A stretch of DNA of 64,000 nt, from positions 329,506-393,505 of the forward strand of contig NMRA01000013.1 in NCBI GenBank assembly GCA_002633005.1. Reading direction: 5' to 3'. The notes below the pieces were generated by a model, which saw nothing but the letters and a program-made list of their open reading frames with translations, was not told the origin of the DNA and did not search any database. Every line of letters starts with the position of its first letter. Position 1 is the first letter of the stretch. Shown here in pieces: positions 24,501 to 37,712 of the stretch. The stretch comes from Phoronis australis (lineage: Eukaryota; Animalia; Phoronida). The position numbers and the translations under genes were made by a program.

Positions 24501-27500
24501 TTTAAATTTTAAGCCAGTAAAATATTTAAAGTACTGAAAATCCGACTTCCATCATTTTAAAATAATTTTTGTTTTAGCAAAACTAGTCTCAAATTGTTCC
24601 CCTCTGTCAAATTGGAGGTGATTTCTTGGCTTCAAAATAACTGACAGTCCGTTATTGATTGAGACCATGACTTACAATATGCCTTGTCAGGGCGGGTCAT
24701 TATGCACAATGCATGGTCTCATGGAATTGCCCTAGACATCACTTTAAAATATCAGGGCGAAAAACGCGGAAATTGTTACGGCCCAAAATATGTGCGCAGC
24801 CGGCCTTGACAAGGTCGGCCTGAACCTTTTGCAGACAGAAATCAGGAGGACTAAAAAAACAAAAAAAAACAACAACAAAAAAAAACGGTACCACCTCCGG
24901 AAGCGTGTGTCTGCGTCTGCCTTAGCTCGTCCGCCACCAAACATTTTTGGCTCCATAGCCGTAGTATTTGACACCGCGATTTACAATCATACGAGCCGCC
25001 ATTGAGGAAATCCACCACGCTTTTCCCAGATGCCCCCGCAATGTTGACAATTTACGTTCCTCCGAAACATCAAGAGCAACTTCCGCTTTTCGAGGTGAAA
25101 GTCGTCGGCAACGCGGCGGTAAGAAAGAAATTTGCCGCGGAAATTTTATATGAAATCCGATTTTTTTTACGCGGAAATATAATAAAATACGCAGAAAGAA
25201 CATTTGAAAAAAGCGGAAATCCGCGTTTCCGCGGAAAATTCCAAGCCCTGAAATATAAAACAATATTTCACCATTCATCTATTATTAAACACCAAACATA
25301 CTTTTTGTCATTATTAAAGCATTTAGTATACAGTGAAATGAATCAAGGGGCACATTAACATGGGAAAGCTAGTTGAGTTAATGATTTCCATTACTGAGTT
25401 GGAACTGATCCATCGCTTTGGATGAATCTTGTCACTAGTTTAGGATTACTGAGTTCAATGTCTATATGTGTTGAAGTAATAGCAAAGTAACTGCATCTCA
25501 CCATCATGGTGGTATTAATACTCACTAAGAAAGAATATCAATACTGGTCTTACAAAAATCAATTTCTTAATAGCTACATAGGTGACAAGCTTTTGTTTTA
25601 TGAATATCTTGAACAACTTGTAAAAAAACCATGAAAAATGCTATATAAGATCATATTTTGTGAAGACAAAAATCTACAGCTTGTCTGCACGAAACACTAT
25701 GTACTCCCCATCCCCTCTCCATCTTACTTCTTCATTGTAGTATTCCCCAATAAAGTTATACTTCATAGAGTTCAGAGAGTACGGCACAACATGATACTGG
25801 ATATCTGGATACTTCTCCACGTGTTCACTGTACTTTGTACGGACAAAGCCGGTGGCATCAACAACAGTCCGACTCAAAGGTCCTGAATTAGAAAATGACA
25901 CAAAATACAGTATATTAAGCAACTAAAAGATAAACTATTAATAAACATCAAAAGACTTGTAATTTAATGTTCAAACACATATCAAATCTTTGAATAAATA
26001 TTAAATAATAATTACAAATTCATTAATTTAATAAAGCGGCTACAAATCCATACTCAAAGGTTAAAAATCATCTGAAAGGGACATTGTCGGTTTTACTGCA
26101 GAAAAACACTTTTTTGTGATCATTGTTGGATGGGATACACTTGTAAAAGTTATTAGCTTTGACCAGAGCTATGAAACAACAAAATCTGTTGTCTTTTAGT
26201 GATTCAGTTAGAAATCGCCTATTCTTGCTGTTTATCTGCCAGCATGTTTAATTCCCACATACCCTTAAAATACATACACTGCTAGTGAACGCATGGGATT
26301 TTGGTTCAGCAATAGACCATTTGGCTGATAGTGCAAAGCTAGTGGGTCACATTCCACATTACACCTCAATTCCACTTTTCTTACCAATAAAGTTCATGTG
26401 ACCTGACTTGTGCAAGCTTGGCTAGCTTTAAGTCACCGTGATGTTAATACACCAGAAGTGATATAGATAGTTCCACTAATGATTCCTTCAACAAACTACA
26501 ACCACAACCACATTTCACTTACCTGTGTCATACAAGAAATACTCCACAAAAGTCCATGGGTTCAGCAGCCTTTTTAATGACAAGGTAACGGACTCGTCTA
26601 CATTGAAAAAGGCAGCCATACTGTTCAGATGGTCTTGTAAGTTGTTACCAACAGGGAGAACTGCCTTCATACTGATCTAGATGTAACAGACGGTGAGTTT
26701 AATTTAGACATTGAAGGAATGGTTTGTTTCATTTGCAGACACAATATCGAGATAAAATAAAATAAAAAACTTTTTCCCACAGCTGTCTGTCTTGCAAACT
26801 AAATCACAATACCCTCAAGAAATAAAGTATGCTCGGCTCACACATTGGTCTGAATACTTCAAATTATCAAATGGTCTTTCTCTCATTGTATTTCTCCATC
26901 TAATCTAAAGCTAAAATCAGTAGCCTTCAACTGAAGACTTACAAGGTAGCCATCTTTCAAAAGTGGGCAGGTCATATACTTCGTAAATGTATTTTAAAAT
27001 AAATTGCCTCAACTGAGTAAAAAAACTTATTGCCAATAAGAAAATGCATACAACTAGCATGCATTTTCCTGAATTTTACAGCATAAACCACATCGCAGTA
27101 CTGGTACAAATTATCAAATTGTTGATTTTGGTAGGTTTTACCTCTTTAGGAATTCTATGTCAATGCCATCAACTTTTCTACAACTCTCTGTTACCCTAAA
27201 CAAATGTGTCACACGGTGGTCCATTAACAGGATGGTAGGAAGTGTCACCATGTGTGTTTACACACTTATGCCTTATCCAACCTTAACTATAATCCAGAGC
27301 AATTTCTTGCAAGCCAATGGACATCGATGGGAGTATTCTACGTTGTCTTCACAAACTACGAATAGGACAGTTGCTCAGAAAAATAAAGGCCATCATCGAT
27401 ATATTATTTTTTTCATGGGATCACATGTCAAAAAGTGTGTCAAATGTTGCAAAAATACGTGTTGAGTAAACACATACAATTTGCAAAATATCCATTATTA

Positions 27501-30500
27501 AAAAGAATGATAAAGATTTTAATACATTAATCAGTTGATGAATAAGTTCTAACCATTTCTTACATTCAATTCTTCAAGGTGATCCCTCGGACCAATACCA
27601 GAGAGAAGTAGCAATTTGGGTGAACCAATAGGCCCGGCTGATACAATGACTTCTTTGTTTGCATTGACTGTCTGAAGCACACCATCCCTTATAAACTCCA
27701 CCCCATTGGCTCGTACGCCATCAAAAGTGACCTTAACTGCCAATGAATTAGTAGCTATGTGTAAGTTAGGTCTGTGCATGGCCTGTCTGAGGTAAGTGGC
27801 TGCTGTACTGGCTCGATGGCCGTTTCTTGTAGTTATCTGGGTACGAGTAAAGCCTGGAAAGACAAACACATTCACAACATTCAAAATCATTGAACCCTTG
27901 CAACATTTCATGATGAGCTCTGTTAATACATTTCAGCCAACAGAAGTGGTCCAATGTTACTCTCACTAATAAGTGATGTGTTTATCATTCCACAGCCATG
28001 AAAATAATTCTACGTACTAGACACCCTAACCAGTCGAGATTGGGCAACTCGACCAGTTAGCACATCAAAGGATATGCCGGTTCAGATCAAAGACACGATG
28101 CTGATGTGGTTAATTAAATCACCTCAAGCTGGTGTCTTTTGTTAAATATAGTGTTCTCCAGATGAGACCCATCATAAACACATTGGAGACACAAAAGTAT
28201 TTTTAAATTTTCATTTCGCAAGTTTGTAAATAGCATATTTGAATAGTTCATGGAAAGTATACGCGGTTAGGTTTTTGAATATGTGGAAATAGACAGTTGG
28301 ATTTTGAGGTATTTTTGATTGCTATTCTTGGCAAGGCAGCACTGTGATTGCCTACTATCTGACTCATGCCCACATATCTTTCTCATTGGTCAGTGGTGTA
28401 AATCTCTTGAGGTGCCTTTCCGCATGCATATTGTATTAGAGACTGTCTGTGACATATTCAAAAGGGAAATATCAATTCCCTTTCAACAAAGAGGGGCCAT
28501 AACAATACTTACCGTACTGTGACTCTGCATTAACATCCAATGTTGGAATGTTAAAATCTTTCTCCATGGCTTCTAAAAATTTCTCGCCAAATTCAGTCAT
28601 TGGGTAGTCACTAACAGGCAGAGGTCCTCCCCTTCCATGATAGCCTAACAAAATCAACAATTTTACTCAGTCCAGGGCAAGTATGCAGTAAACTAATACA
28701 GAGCACAGCTCCTAGAGCAAGTCAGCTTCAAACTACTGGCACCAACTAAGACTTTCACAGAGCCAACTTTCTTCTTGAGTGTAAGAAACTTGGATAATAA
28801 AAATGCATCAAATCAATCAAGTTTTGCCAGCCTCCTGAGGGGAAACCCAGTTTTGGGTTCACACACACAGCAGGAGATGGCTAGTATTGTCAGACAAGGT
28901 GTGACAAAAATGTGGAAATGCATTAACTTTAATACTTAACAAGACAATCAACTGCAGTTAAAATCCAGTAACCAAGTTCCATAAACTGTGTAGATGGTCA
29001 GCCCATTACTAACACATTATTACTGCATCAGAATACTTCTTTAGCTACTGAAACAATTACAAATTTGAAATGGCTTCCACGCACTTCTATAAAGAGGCTC
29101 AGAATCAAAATGTCAAAGAATTATTTAAGACTGCATTCAGCTCACAGCTGAATGTCATTCCTATCAATAACTCTCACATGGACATTCACGTGCAGCAGCT
29201 ATCTTTGAAGTTACCAAAGTGCACTCATGTCAAATTACGGGGTGGGTGCTTAGTGACTTACATGTACAAGGGGACAGTAAATGTCACGCAATCATTTTCC
29301 CCATATCCTTTTGTGAGAAAATCCTTTCATATGGCCGTGGAACAAGTCAAAATGCACCAGCTGTGACTAAGGAAGTAAAATCAAAGAATGATAGTTTAAT
29401 TTATGACGAAGATGTTGCTTGCTCACTTGTTTCATTATAAAAGTCAAACACTTAAGTCAAACCTGATTGTACATACGCCTCATTCTGATTGTCTTCAGCC
29501 TTGATAAAGTAGGGCAAGACATCTTTATAGCTCCACCCCTCGCATCCATTGGCTGCCCACTTGTCGTAGTCATGACGACTACCTCGAATATAAATCATAC
29601 AGTTCAGGGAGCTTGTCCCACCCAATACCTTCCCATGTGGCCAATAGCATTGCTGGAATAAAAAGATTAGTAATTATTTCCTTAATGTAGCAAATGAGTC
29701 AGGAAAGTTTATGGTAGATCAGCGTGGTCTTCACTAAATCACGGTTATTTGTACCGAAAAATGAACAACATACTCGGGACCATTTTAGAAAAATGTGGCT
29801 GTAGGAGAGTTCACCTCAAATCCATGCATTTTCACATGACTTAGTCCACTGCCTCAGCACAATATGCAAGTCGTGATTGGCCTAAATATCAATGCATTTT
29901 GGTTCAACGAAACACATAAATTCACAGCTGGATAATATTATGTCTTTTCACAATTTAATCCTTACTGTTAACATTATGATTTTGGTCACTGACATACTTT
30001 TTGATCAGCTGCTCTGCATTATCTCTGTGTTAGAATTTGAATGCATTTGCCAATTACTTTTGATAAAATAAGGCATTGCTGAGCAGTGTTAAAGATGCAT
30101 TTCAGCCTACTCAGCTGGTTAAAGCACAAAAACTGACTGAATTAGTCCATTTATAGTCATTAATTTGGTCTTATAACATTCCTACCCATGATATGGGTCT
30201 AATTTTGTAACCAACCAGAACAACAGAACTATCAATAACTCAAGAAAATGCTTCAGACTTTACTGAAGTTGGTTAACTGCAAAATTGCAAAAACTGACAC
30301 TTGTATGCATTGTCTGTGACTTGGGTTGGTAATGGAAATAGAATCGTTGAAATGCAGCTTCAAGCAATGACAAGTAATACAATGTTTTAAGCACCAACGA
30401 TGCAGGGTATGTTACAATTTTTTTCCATCTACGGTAGACACATTGCTGGAAAGATTGCAGAGTGTCCACAGACCTACTTTACTTCCGATTCCAATAAAAG

Positions 30501-31505
30501 ACAACTGATCTTGAGATATTAATAAAATACAATTGATGAGTACATTTCATGCTGATAAGATAAGAAATGCGGCCTGTAGCAAGTGCAAAATTTTTAAACG
30601 AAAAATTGACAAAACAGTAACATAATTCGAAAAAAAATCACTCTACGTAAAAATGATGGGTACTTTTGATTTATAAAATGCCTACCTGACCCCAGTGAAT
30701 CAAACTGCAGCCCAGCAAACATGTTCAAGACATACAAGCGGCTACATCCTAAACCAATCACAAACCAAAAACTGATTTCCAGCTCCTGGTAATTACCGTA
30801 TAAGTCAAGAAGTCAAAAGCCAAAAGCTCTTCAGAGAAGGCATCTCTTGACATATACCTGGTTGCGTATGTCTTGACATGAATGTTTTTGTGACACCGTG
30901 AAGTCATGCCAAGTGGCTGATGTTAATAGGGTTATGCCGAAGAGGAGAGGGACATCTATAGACGGGTATGTTGACTCATCATCGCCTGCTTCAAGGAGCA
31001 GCACGGTGACATTTGACTCTTCACTCAGTCTGTTTGCAAGAACACTACCAGCTGACCCAGCACCCACTGAAAAAAGTTCCACAACACTCAGCTGCCATTT
31101 ACACAACAATTGTCATTAATTTGAAGGATAAACTGTAGGGTTTTAAGCTATCTAAGTAATGGAATCCACATTGGGAATATTTGTATTAGCACACAGGGTG
31201 ATTATATACAGCAAGAGGCAATTAAACTGTACTTCATTCATTTGAAATGCATTGTTTTCATGTTCACGAGATCATGTTCACCAACGAGCAAAGCACACAG
31301 CCAAATTAGTTTCAGATACTCATTCCCTTAGTGTCTACACTATCAGTGTAAATCACACACATGCCCAGTGTTCATTCTTACCAATAATATAGTCATATGA
31401 TGTATTCACATGCCTGGTCACCTTGTATCTCGGTGGTAACTTCATAAACACAGTAAACAGGATGGCGACAGTGCAACACAATATCGCAGCAACAACACCA
31501 CGCAT
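21353..31505 (-). CDS. GMC oxidoreductase (glucose/alcohol dehydrogenase [FAD]-like), full gene, 603 aa
   Basis: 10 exons: 31505-31382, 31066-30858, 29652-29463, 28644-28513, 27853-27564, 26676-26523, 25882-25728, 24447-24273, 23660-23438, 21512-21353 (1812 nt, all GT-AG and phase-consistent). Motifs: [31 protein letters not shown], catalytic YHP and GNLNAP. Confidence 0.95.
21707..21769. repeat. 31-bp tandem duplication
   Basis: atggtgtctagcatataatgaaaatacaga occurs twice. Confidence 0.8.
22215..22460 (+). mobile_element. Dispersed repeat, CpG-decayed copy
   Basis: Colinear with ~41990-42242 (ccaccagtcgatca; aattagaacacccacaaaca; aaccaatc; tgaaaagtc). Confidence 0.65.
23438..23660 (-). CDS. 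GMC oxidoreductase exon 9
   Basis: [26 protein letters not shown]...AVVDPQL. Confidence 0.93.
24273..24447 (-). CDS. GMC oxidoreductase exon 8
   Basis: [33 protein letters not shown]. Confidence 0.93.
24753..25250 (+). mobile_element. Young hAT-like MITE with 6-bp TSD, copy 2
   Basis: TSD AAATAT on both sides. The right TIR is intact; the left has lost 17 bp between two ggc microhomologies. Confidence 0.85.
25728..25882 (-). CDS. GMC oxidoreductase exon 7
   Basis: [31 protein letters not shown]. Confidence 0.9.
26523..26676 (-). CDS. GMC oxidoreductase exon 6 (missed by the ORF track)
   Basis: [17 protein letters not shown]...VEYFLYDT. Confidence 0.9.
27564..27853 (-). CDS. GMC oxidoreductase exon 5
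   Basis: RASTAATYL...[23 protein letters not shown]. Confidence 0.93.
28513..28644 (-). CDS. GMC oxidoreductase exon 4
   Basis: [12 protein letters not shown]...LDVNAESQY. Confidence 0.92.
29463..29652 (-). CDS. GMC oxidoreductase exon 3 (missed by the ORF track)
   Basis: [32 protein letters not shown]...[16 protein letters not shown]. Confidence 0.93.
30858..31066 (-). CDS. GMC oxidoreductase exon 2
   Basis: FAD-binding [15 protein letters not shown]...VLLLEAG. Confidence 0.93.
31382..31505 (-). CDS. GMC oxidoreductase exon 1
   Basis: [41 protein letters not shown]. An acceptor 5 nt before the ATG implies an upstream non-coding exon. Confidence 0.88.
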
Positions 31506-31885
31506 CACTCCTGTAGTTGAAAGAGCATACTTTCAGTATAATACAAACACAAGGACGACACAACTTGCATTCAACTGTGTTCATTTTTTATCTTCCCTTG
31601 AAAGTTCTGAAAGTTTAGCCAGCACGCACACATGACTAAGAAATAAAAACCTGGCAGCAAAACCCTGGTCAACCTAAAGGTAAATGAGCGGATCCCTTTC
31701 TATGCTGCCACCTTTCCTTCACCAAAATTCAGTGCCATATAAGAACTTAGATTAGACTGGATTAATAATGAATAAAATAACATGCTTCTTAATATCCATC
31801 AGTTATCTTTATTCATGATCTCCAACAGGCCATTTCAATGAATGCACCACAAACTTATTTCTAGTGCCATCCACCTACAGGCTGA

Positions 31886-32011
31886 CCCTAGAACAAGTTA
31901 CTTCAAGAACGAGTTGTCGCTCAAGGTTCGGGGTCTGTGTAGATGCTATGCAACTTACCCCACATGTGACAACTTACTCCAACTTATCGAGGTAGGGTAA
32001 CTTGTTCTGGG
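31886..32011. repeat. Short inverted-repeat element
   Basis: ccctagaacaagttac / gtaacttgttctgggg with internal caactta repeats. Confidence 0.45.
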
Positions 32012-33361
32012 GTAACTTGCGCCACTTCTAATTCCAGTGTGGCCACAAACGTGGGGCAAGGCGAAAGAAATTATCAGTTGCAGTTATGTACAGACTGCTG
32101 GTCTTCTTTTGCGCACCCGCTGTTTGCATTAGATTCATAAATGTCACACGCATCTAGCCTCAACCCTTATTAACGGATATGTGTGTGTGGGTGCTCCACT
32201 AATTAGTAGCACTAGTGCAAGTTGAGAGTAGGCTGTGGCAGATTGGACTAGTGAAGTGACATACCCGATAGTACAGCAGGTCTTGTGACTGAGTAGGACA
32301 TAAGTCAGTGGTCACTTCCAGGGGCGGATCCAGGATTTTGAGTCAGCGGGAGGGAGGGGGGGCAGGCCACAGGAATAACCAGAATTTCAGCAGATGCGCA
32401 CGCCCAGCCTAAAATGTAGGGATGCAGGGATCTCGAATTTTTGGGTTTGTGGACCTTCTGACTAAAAAAAAGCAAAACGGGATTTGTTTAGGGCCTATGC
32501 GTTGTTTATTCACCCCCGAGCTCCCCTGGTTGCGTGAATGAGCTAGTCTGCAATTCGCACCACGAACTTCCAAATGGTATCTGGTAGAATTTTAGGGGGG
32601 NNNNNNNNNNNNNNNNNNNNNNNNNNNNNNNNNNNNNNNNNNNNNNNNNNNNNNNNNNNNNNNNNNNNNNNNNNNNNNNNNNNNNNNNNNNNNNNNNNNN
32701 NNNNNNNNNNNNNNNNNNNNNNNNNNNNNNNNNNNNNNNNNNNNNNNNNNCCCCCCCCCCCCAAATCCACCAATGGACTTCTACCAAAGTCTATTGCAAA
32801 TGCCTCACCGAAGACGCAGAATTTGCGATAAACCATTTTTAGTGTTTGCTTTATGGACTAATTGGAGCTAGGAACCAGGCAATACGAATTGGTTGGTTAA
32901 TTGGAGTGAACCACATCTACTAGTAATACCCCTGGTGGGTATGCATTTCAGTGCATGCTACTCTTAAACTGTTTTGTAGTCAAAAAGACTGAGCAAAATA
33001 CTCTCTCATTATTCAACTCATCACGCAACGTATGCAACAGGGCATACGGCATTAGCCCAGTACTCAGCTCTTAATAATAAAGACTCGAGAGGGTCGTTGG
33101 CCCACCGACTAACTCGATATTCGACACTACACTCTACAGTGTATAGTGGCCTACAGGCTACAAGTAATTTCGCACAAAAATAGAACCATAACATTTAAGT
33201 GTTTGCTAAAATGTGGTACCTATATTTAAGTAAAGCTACCAGGGAAGTATAATTATTCACAAACTCATCTTAGATCGCTGGCCTGAGTAATCTGAGTTGA
33301 AACTTATTTTGACCAACCGAAGTCCATGCTGTCAAGGTCAAGGCCACTGTCAGTCGGCACG

Positions 33362-33811
33362 GCTCTCGCTGGTTCCCTGGGTGCCGCTAGGTGGTCAGTA
33401 GCCTAGCCAACACTGCTTAAAATTCATGTTCAGGAAAAGTGAATCCTAGAAAATGTGTTTGCGCCTTTTCGGAGTGCATCTTTCTACTGTCTGTGACTTT
33501 TGTTTACGACACTGTCTTGTATTCATACAGTGTGAATAACATTCCGGTTAAATAGGCCAGATAGTGCTTACTCTAAACATGTATGTGTTTCAAGCACGCG
33601 TGACTGTAGGCCTAGTATATAAACACCACTGCTAGTTGCAGAACGAAATAGTTGCTGCGACGCCACTTGCATGACAAGGCTAAAAATCTTCACAGTTCGC
33701 TATTTTTTCACGGTGTTAGTGTAAAGCTAACCAATGACTGCTGAGGTTACATCAACCGATGCGGCTAAAGCGCGTGCCATTGCGTGATACCTGCGTGGTG
33801 GCGCTAGGCAC
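33362..33811 (-). mobile_element. Dispersed non-autonomous element, copy 2
   Basis: Reverse complement of 669-1048 plus 1198-1245. Confidence 0.7.
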
Positions 33812-33885
33812 GCACACCACCGAGTACGTTATTAGAGCTTGCCGCGACCTCGTATTTGCACTCGGATTGATGAGCGGTCAGTGGG

Positions 33886-34576
33886 GGAAAAGTGTTGCCG
33901 TGAAAACGTACGAGTGCATAAATTAATTCTTACCGGAATTTTCTGTAGATAAACCCGCCCATCGGGCGTGTATTCGAAAAATGAAAATTTTCAGGCGTTT
34001 TAGTAACACCAAGTCAAAGGCACCCGGGCGTTTACGGACTTTGACATTTTTATTAAAACTATGGTTTTAAAATTTTATGTTAATGAATGCATAGTTCGCC
34101 GCCAACGTCTTGCTCGTTTTGATAAATGTTTCCTAATACTGAATTTGTGACAAAACGTTGACTGGCAGTGTGCTTTTATAGAGGGAATTTTCTGCCGGAA
34201 TAAACGTCCCACTATCTGGACATTTGGCTTCCGAAGTTGTAGCACCAACAAAACGCCCATGGGCGTTTATTTGGCATAATTTTCCGAATGAACGCCCATG
34301 GGCGTTTCATTGGGTGGGGTTATCTACTCTGGTATTGATGGCGCAGATTAATTACACTGTATTCGCGGCATTAAGTAATTATTTGCCAAATAAATTAACT
34401 TTTAATGGTAAAATTTTATTATTTGAGGAGTTACTTAAATTTTAACGGCGTGCAGTAATTACTTGCTGCGTAAAGCAATTTTTGCGGTGTAATTAACTTT
34501 TAACGGTATAAATTTACGTGCGTAATTTACGCCATAAATAATTAATTTACGCATGCAATTTTCGGCGACACTTTCC
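33886..34576. mobile_element. AT-rich MITE with a nested second MITE
   Basis: Outer TIR aaagtgttgccg / cggcgacacttt with aattaacttttaa(c/t)gg repeats. The nested element at 33931-34334 has termini tacc...gtagataa / ttatctac...ggta and gggcgttt repeats. Confidence 0.6.
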
Positions 34577-37559
34577 TCTAACGGTCCATCATATGCTCGA
34601 CTGCCAAACGCGTCCCAGTCCCTCAATAACTTTTAGTCGAGACAATAGCGAGCTGACGAGGTATGTATGACATGTGACATAATTTGATTAAGAGACAGAT
34701 TACAAACGTTCTTTCCGGCGGCGTCTGTGGCTTCACCACCATGAAAGGAGAACCTCAGTGGCAGTCTCAGACAAACAACTCGCATACATATTTGATACGA
34801 CAAATGATGGGCTAAAAATTGCTAATGTTAGTAATAAAGAAGCTGACAAGAGAGTCGTGCAATATCGAAATGATCAATTTAATCCCTGAGTTCATATTGC
34901 ATGTTTGAGACAGCTCAACCGTAATTCAGATTTGTCCCCCGGGTTGTTTAATACCGTTGAACCGGCTCGGCACACCACGTGGCAAGCGCAAAAATTTATT
35001 GAGAGTTTTGATCGATTATTGTAGTTATCAAATCAAGCCTAATTTCGTGGCTTCATTTTCATTTTGTTATTAATGATCATGAGCTACGTGTATTATTAAT
35101 GTTTTCAAATGTTTCTATAACAAAGCATTTGTACAATGTTTACCAGAGGCCCAGATGCTGTTTGTTGATTTCTGAGAAGTAGGCCTACAGTTATCTGTAG
35201 TATTTACTTATATCCCATGGTGAAATGAAATTTAAATTACGAAAAGTTTTTGGTTCTAGGTGGTTGACACATATGAATTGTGCATTCGCGCGAATTCCTG
35301 TGGACTTTTGTCTCCGCGTTTCTCTGAGGCGGACGTTTTTGCGGACGTTTTTGCCCACTTCGCCAAACATTGAGTTACAAGAGGCGGCAAGTTAAAAAAT
35401 CCGCTAAGTTTGGCAGTCTAGTTTCTCCCGCAATCAACGTCGCGCATTCCTAGCACAGAAACACGGTTCATCTCGAAAAACTTTCTACCCTGACGACAAG
35501 TAGTTGTTCATGCCTCGCGCGCGCGGCGCGGTGTCTTCCCAGCGCGTGCGTGCACTCATCGCATCATGCAACACCACCCACGTCGACGCTCAGTGTCCTC
35601 TCGCAAGACACCACACCTTTCCGACTTCTCTTGCATTCCAACGATTTCTGCATGCACTCCTCAAGTTGAGTACTGTTCCAGATTCGGTTGCCTACGGACA
35701 TTTCTGCCCACTAGCGTTGGCTTCGGTGGGACTTGGCGTACTGAACTTAATTGTGTGCAGATGGACAAACAGGCTCCGGCTCGGAACAGAATTGATCATT
35801 TCACCACCAACTACCACACGGTTAAATATATGATTATTTTATTCTAAGACTCGCTACAACACCTATATCATCTGGTACAGGACTCTCGATTGCCCGGTTA
35901 CGCAATGTTTGTTGACAGGGTTAGATTAGAGCAATAGTCCTTATATAAGCTCCGCCCCACTTGTCAGTCAGTGAGCTGGTGAGCAGTCACTGCAAGCCAT
36001 GACTTACCGAAGCTTGATCAAATAGAATTAAAACAAAAACAACTTTTGAGTTTCAGAATGATTTTCTGTTTCTCCACTATGCTGTGCATCAAGAATTAAA
36101 GATAAAGTTAACATAAAAATGTAAAAGAAACATTCAGAATTATTTTTTGTGTATCCATCTGCCTTAATTCCTCATGCTATTGATAACCTTGAACTCCTAA
36201 GGCTAGCTGCTGCTGACCGCCTTCTTTCTACCTTTTTATTATTTGCACTGTATTTTACTACAATATTCTCTGTGTTTACATTTGATTTCTTACTTTTATC
36301 CGCACCTGAAGTCATTATGTAGGTTAAACCAATGCCGAGCTCATTGGTTAAACAAACTTGCCAGAGAATGGCTGTCCGACAAATTACTTTGCCGATCTTC
36401 AGCCCAAGTACTGATATTGCGTAATCTATAATCTAGAGGTCATGTACTTTTTGTGGTCCGCTTTCATTCTCCACCCCGGTCGCTGATTGCAGCACTGTCG
36501 CGCTGTTATTCTGGAACGACTCAACGCCAGAAATTTGTAACATTCTTGATCCGCTAGGTGACGCTTAGCGCCATGTCCCTAACCAATCATAACAACGCAT
36601 AGTAAGGTTAAAGGTCATGAAGCTTGGACACTATTACCGGAGCCGAAGTCAGTATGCCCTGCAGAGCAATATTTATCAAGTTTACAATAACAGCATCTGG
36701 AATGTCTGGGTCTACAGTATGACAGTGCTAGCTGGGTGATTGGGGTCACAGACACTATCAACATAACCACAACAAATGTGAACTGAACGCCAGCCAGCCA
36801 GCCGCGTGTGCTTGCAATTGGCTTAAACGGGCTGCCAAAGCGCTTTTTATTAATTTTCTGATGTTTGTCAATACATATTTGTGTCCGGAATCCACTCCAA
36901 TGTAACAGTTACTGAATTAAGACGAAGGACAACGTACCGTGGATCACAAAAAACGAAATAACATTTTGAAGATTACTAGTATATCAACTATATAGGCCTA
37001 CTCACAGGCGAAACTTGCATAATGACTGTACAAAATCCGACTTCGAAAGTATTTCTGAACTCATACCGGATGAGAAAATGAACAAATCAGTTTCTTACCG
37101 ATTCTACGCTAATCTCTCATCTACAGAGTGCAAATTCCATTGCAAAGAGTCGACAGCCAGGCGATCGGCAACATTTCATCTCACTGACAGCACTGTACGC
37201 CGATCCATTTTCTGAACACAAGAGACGTGGAAAAATTTTCGAGAAACAACATGAAATTTGGATCAGCAACCTCTGAGTACTCCTGGTAGTCACCTAGGCT
37301 ATCGGCAAATCCGATGGCAAAATGAATTCAGCCACAAACTTGACTTCAAAATGAGCTATGCGCTCAAATAGTGGCTTCCGGACGATCGTTAACATAGGCC
37401 TGAACGGGGTAACCTTCAAACTTCAAGAGACGTGGAAAAATTTTCACCATTGGCGCTGATATTTGGCGGTAATATGTCTTAACATACACTCTATGTGACA
37501 GGCTATCGGCAAATTGTGTAGTTATCTCCCCTTGCTTATAAATTCCTGATTTTTGCCTG

Positions 37560-37712
37560 CTCTTGTGTATTTCTTATGGAGGGCTGCTGGCAGGATTTAG
37601 CGCATGCGCAGTAGTGCATGTTACAAATTTCTGGCGTTGTTGCAGCATTTGAATACAACCCTGGGTGTTTACAGTGTTGACCGTAACACAGGCATTTTCA
37701 AGTTCTAAGCTC
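37560..37712 (+). promoter_or_regulatory. Putative TYMP proximal promoter with NRF1-type palindrome
   Basis: GCGCATGCGCA at 37600-37610, ~100 bp upstream of the ATG. Confidence 0.45.
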
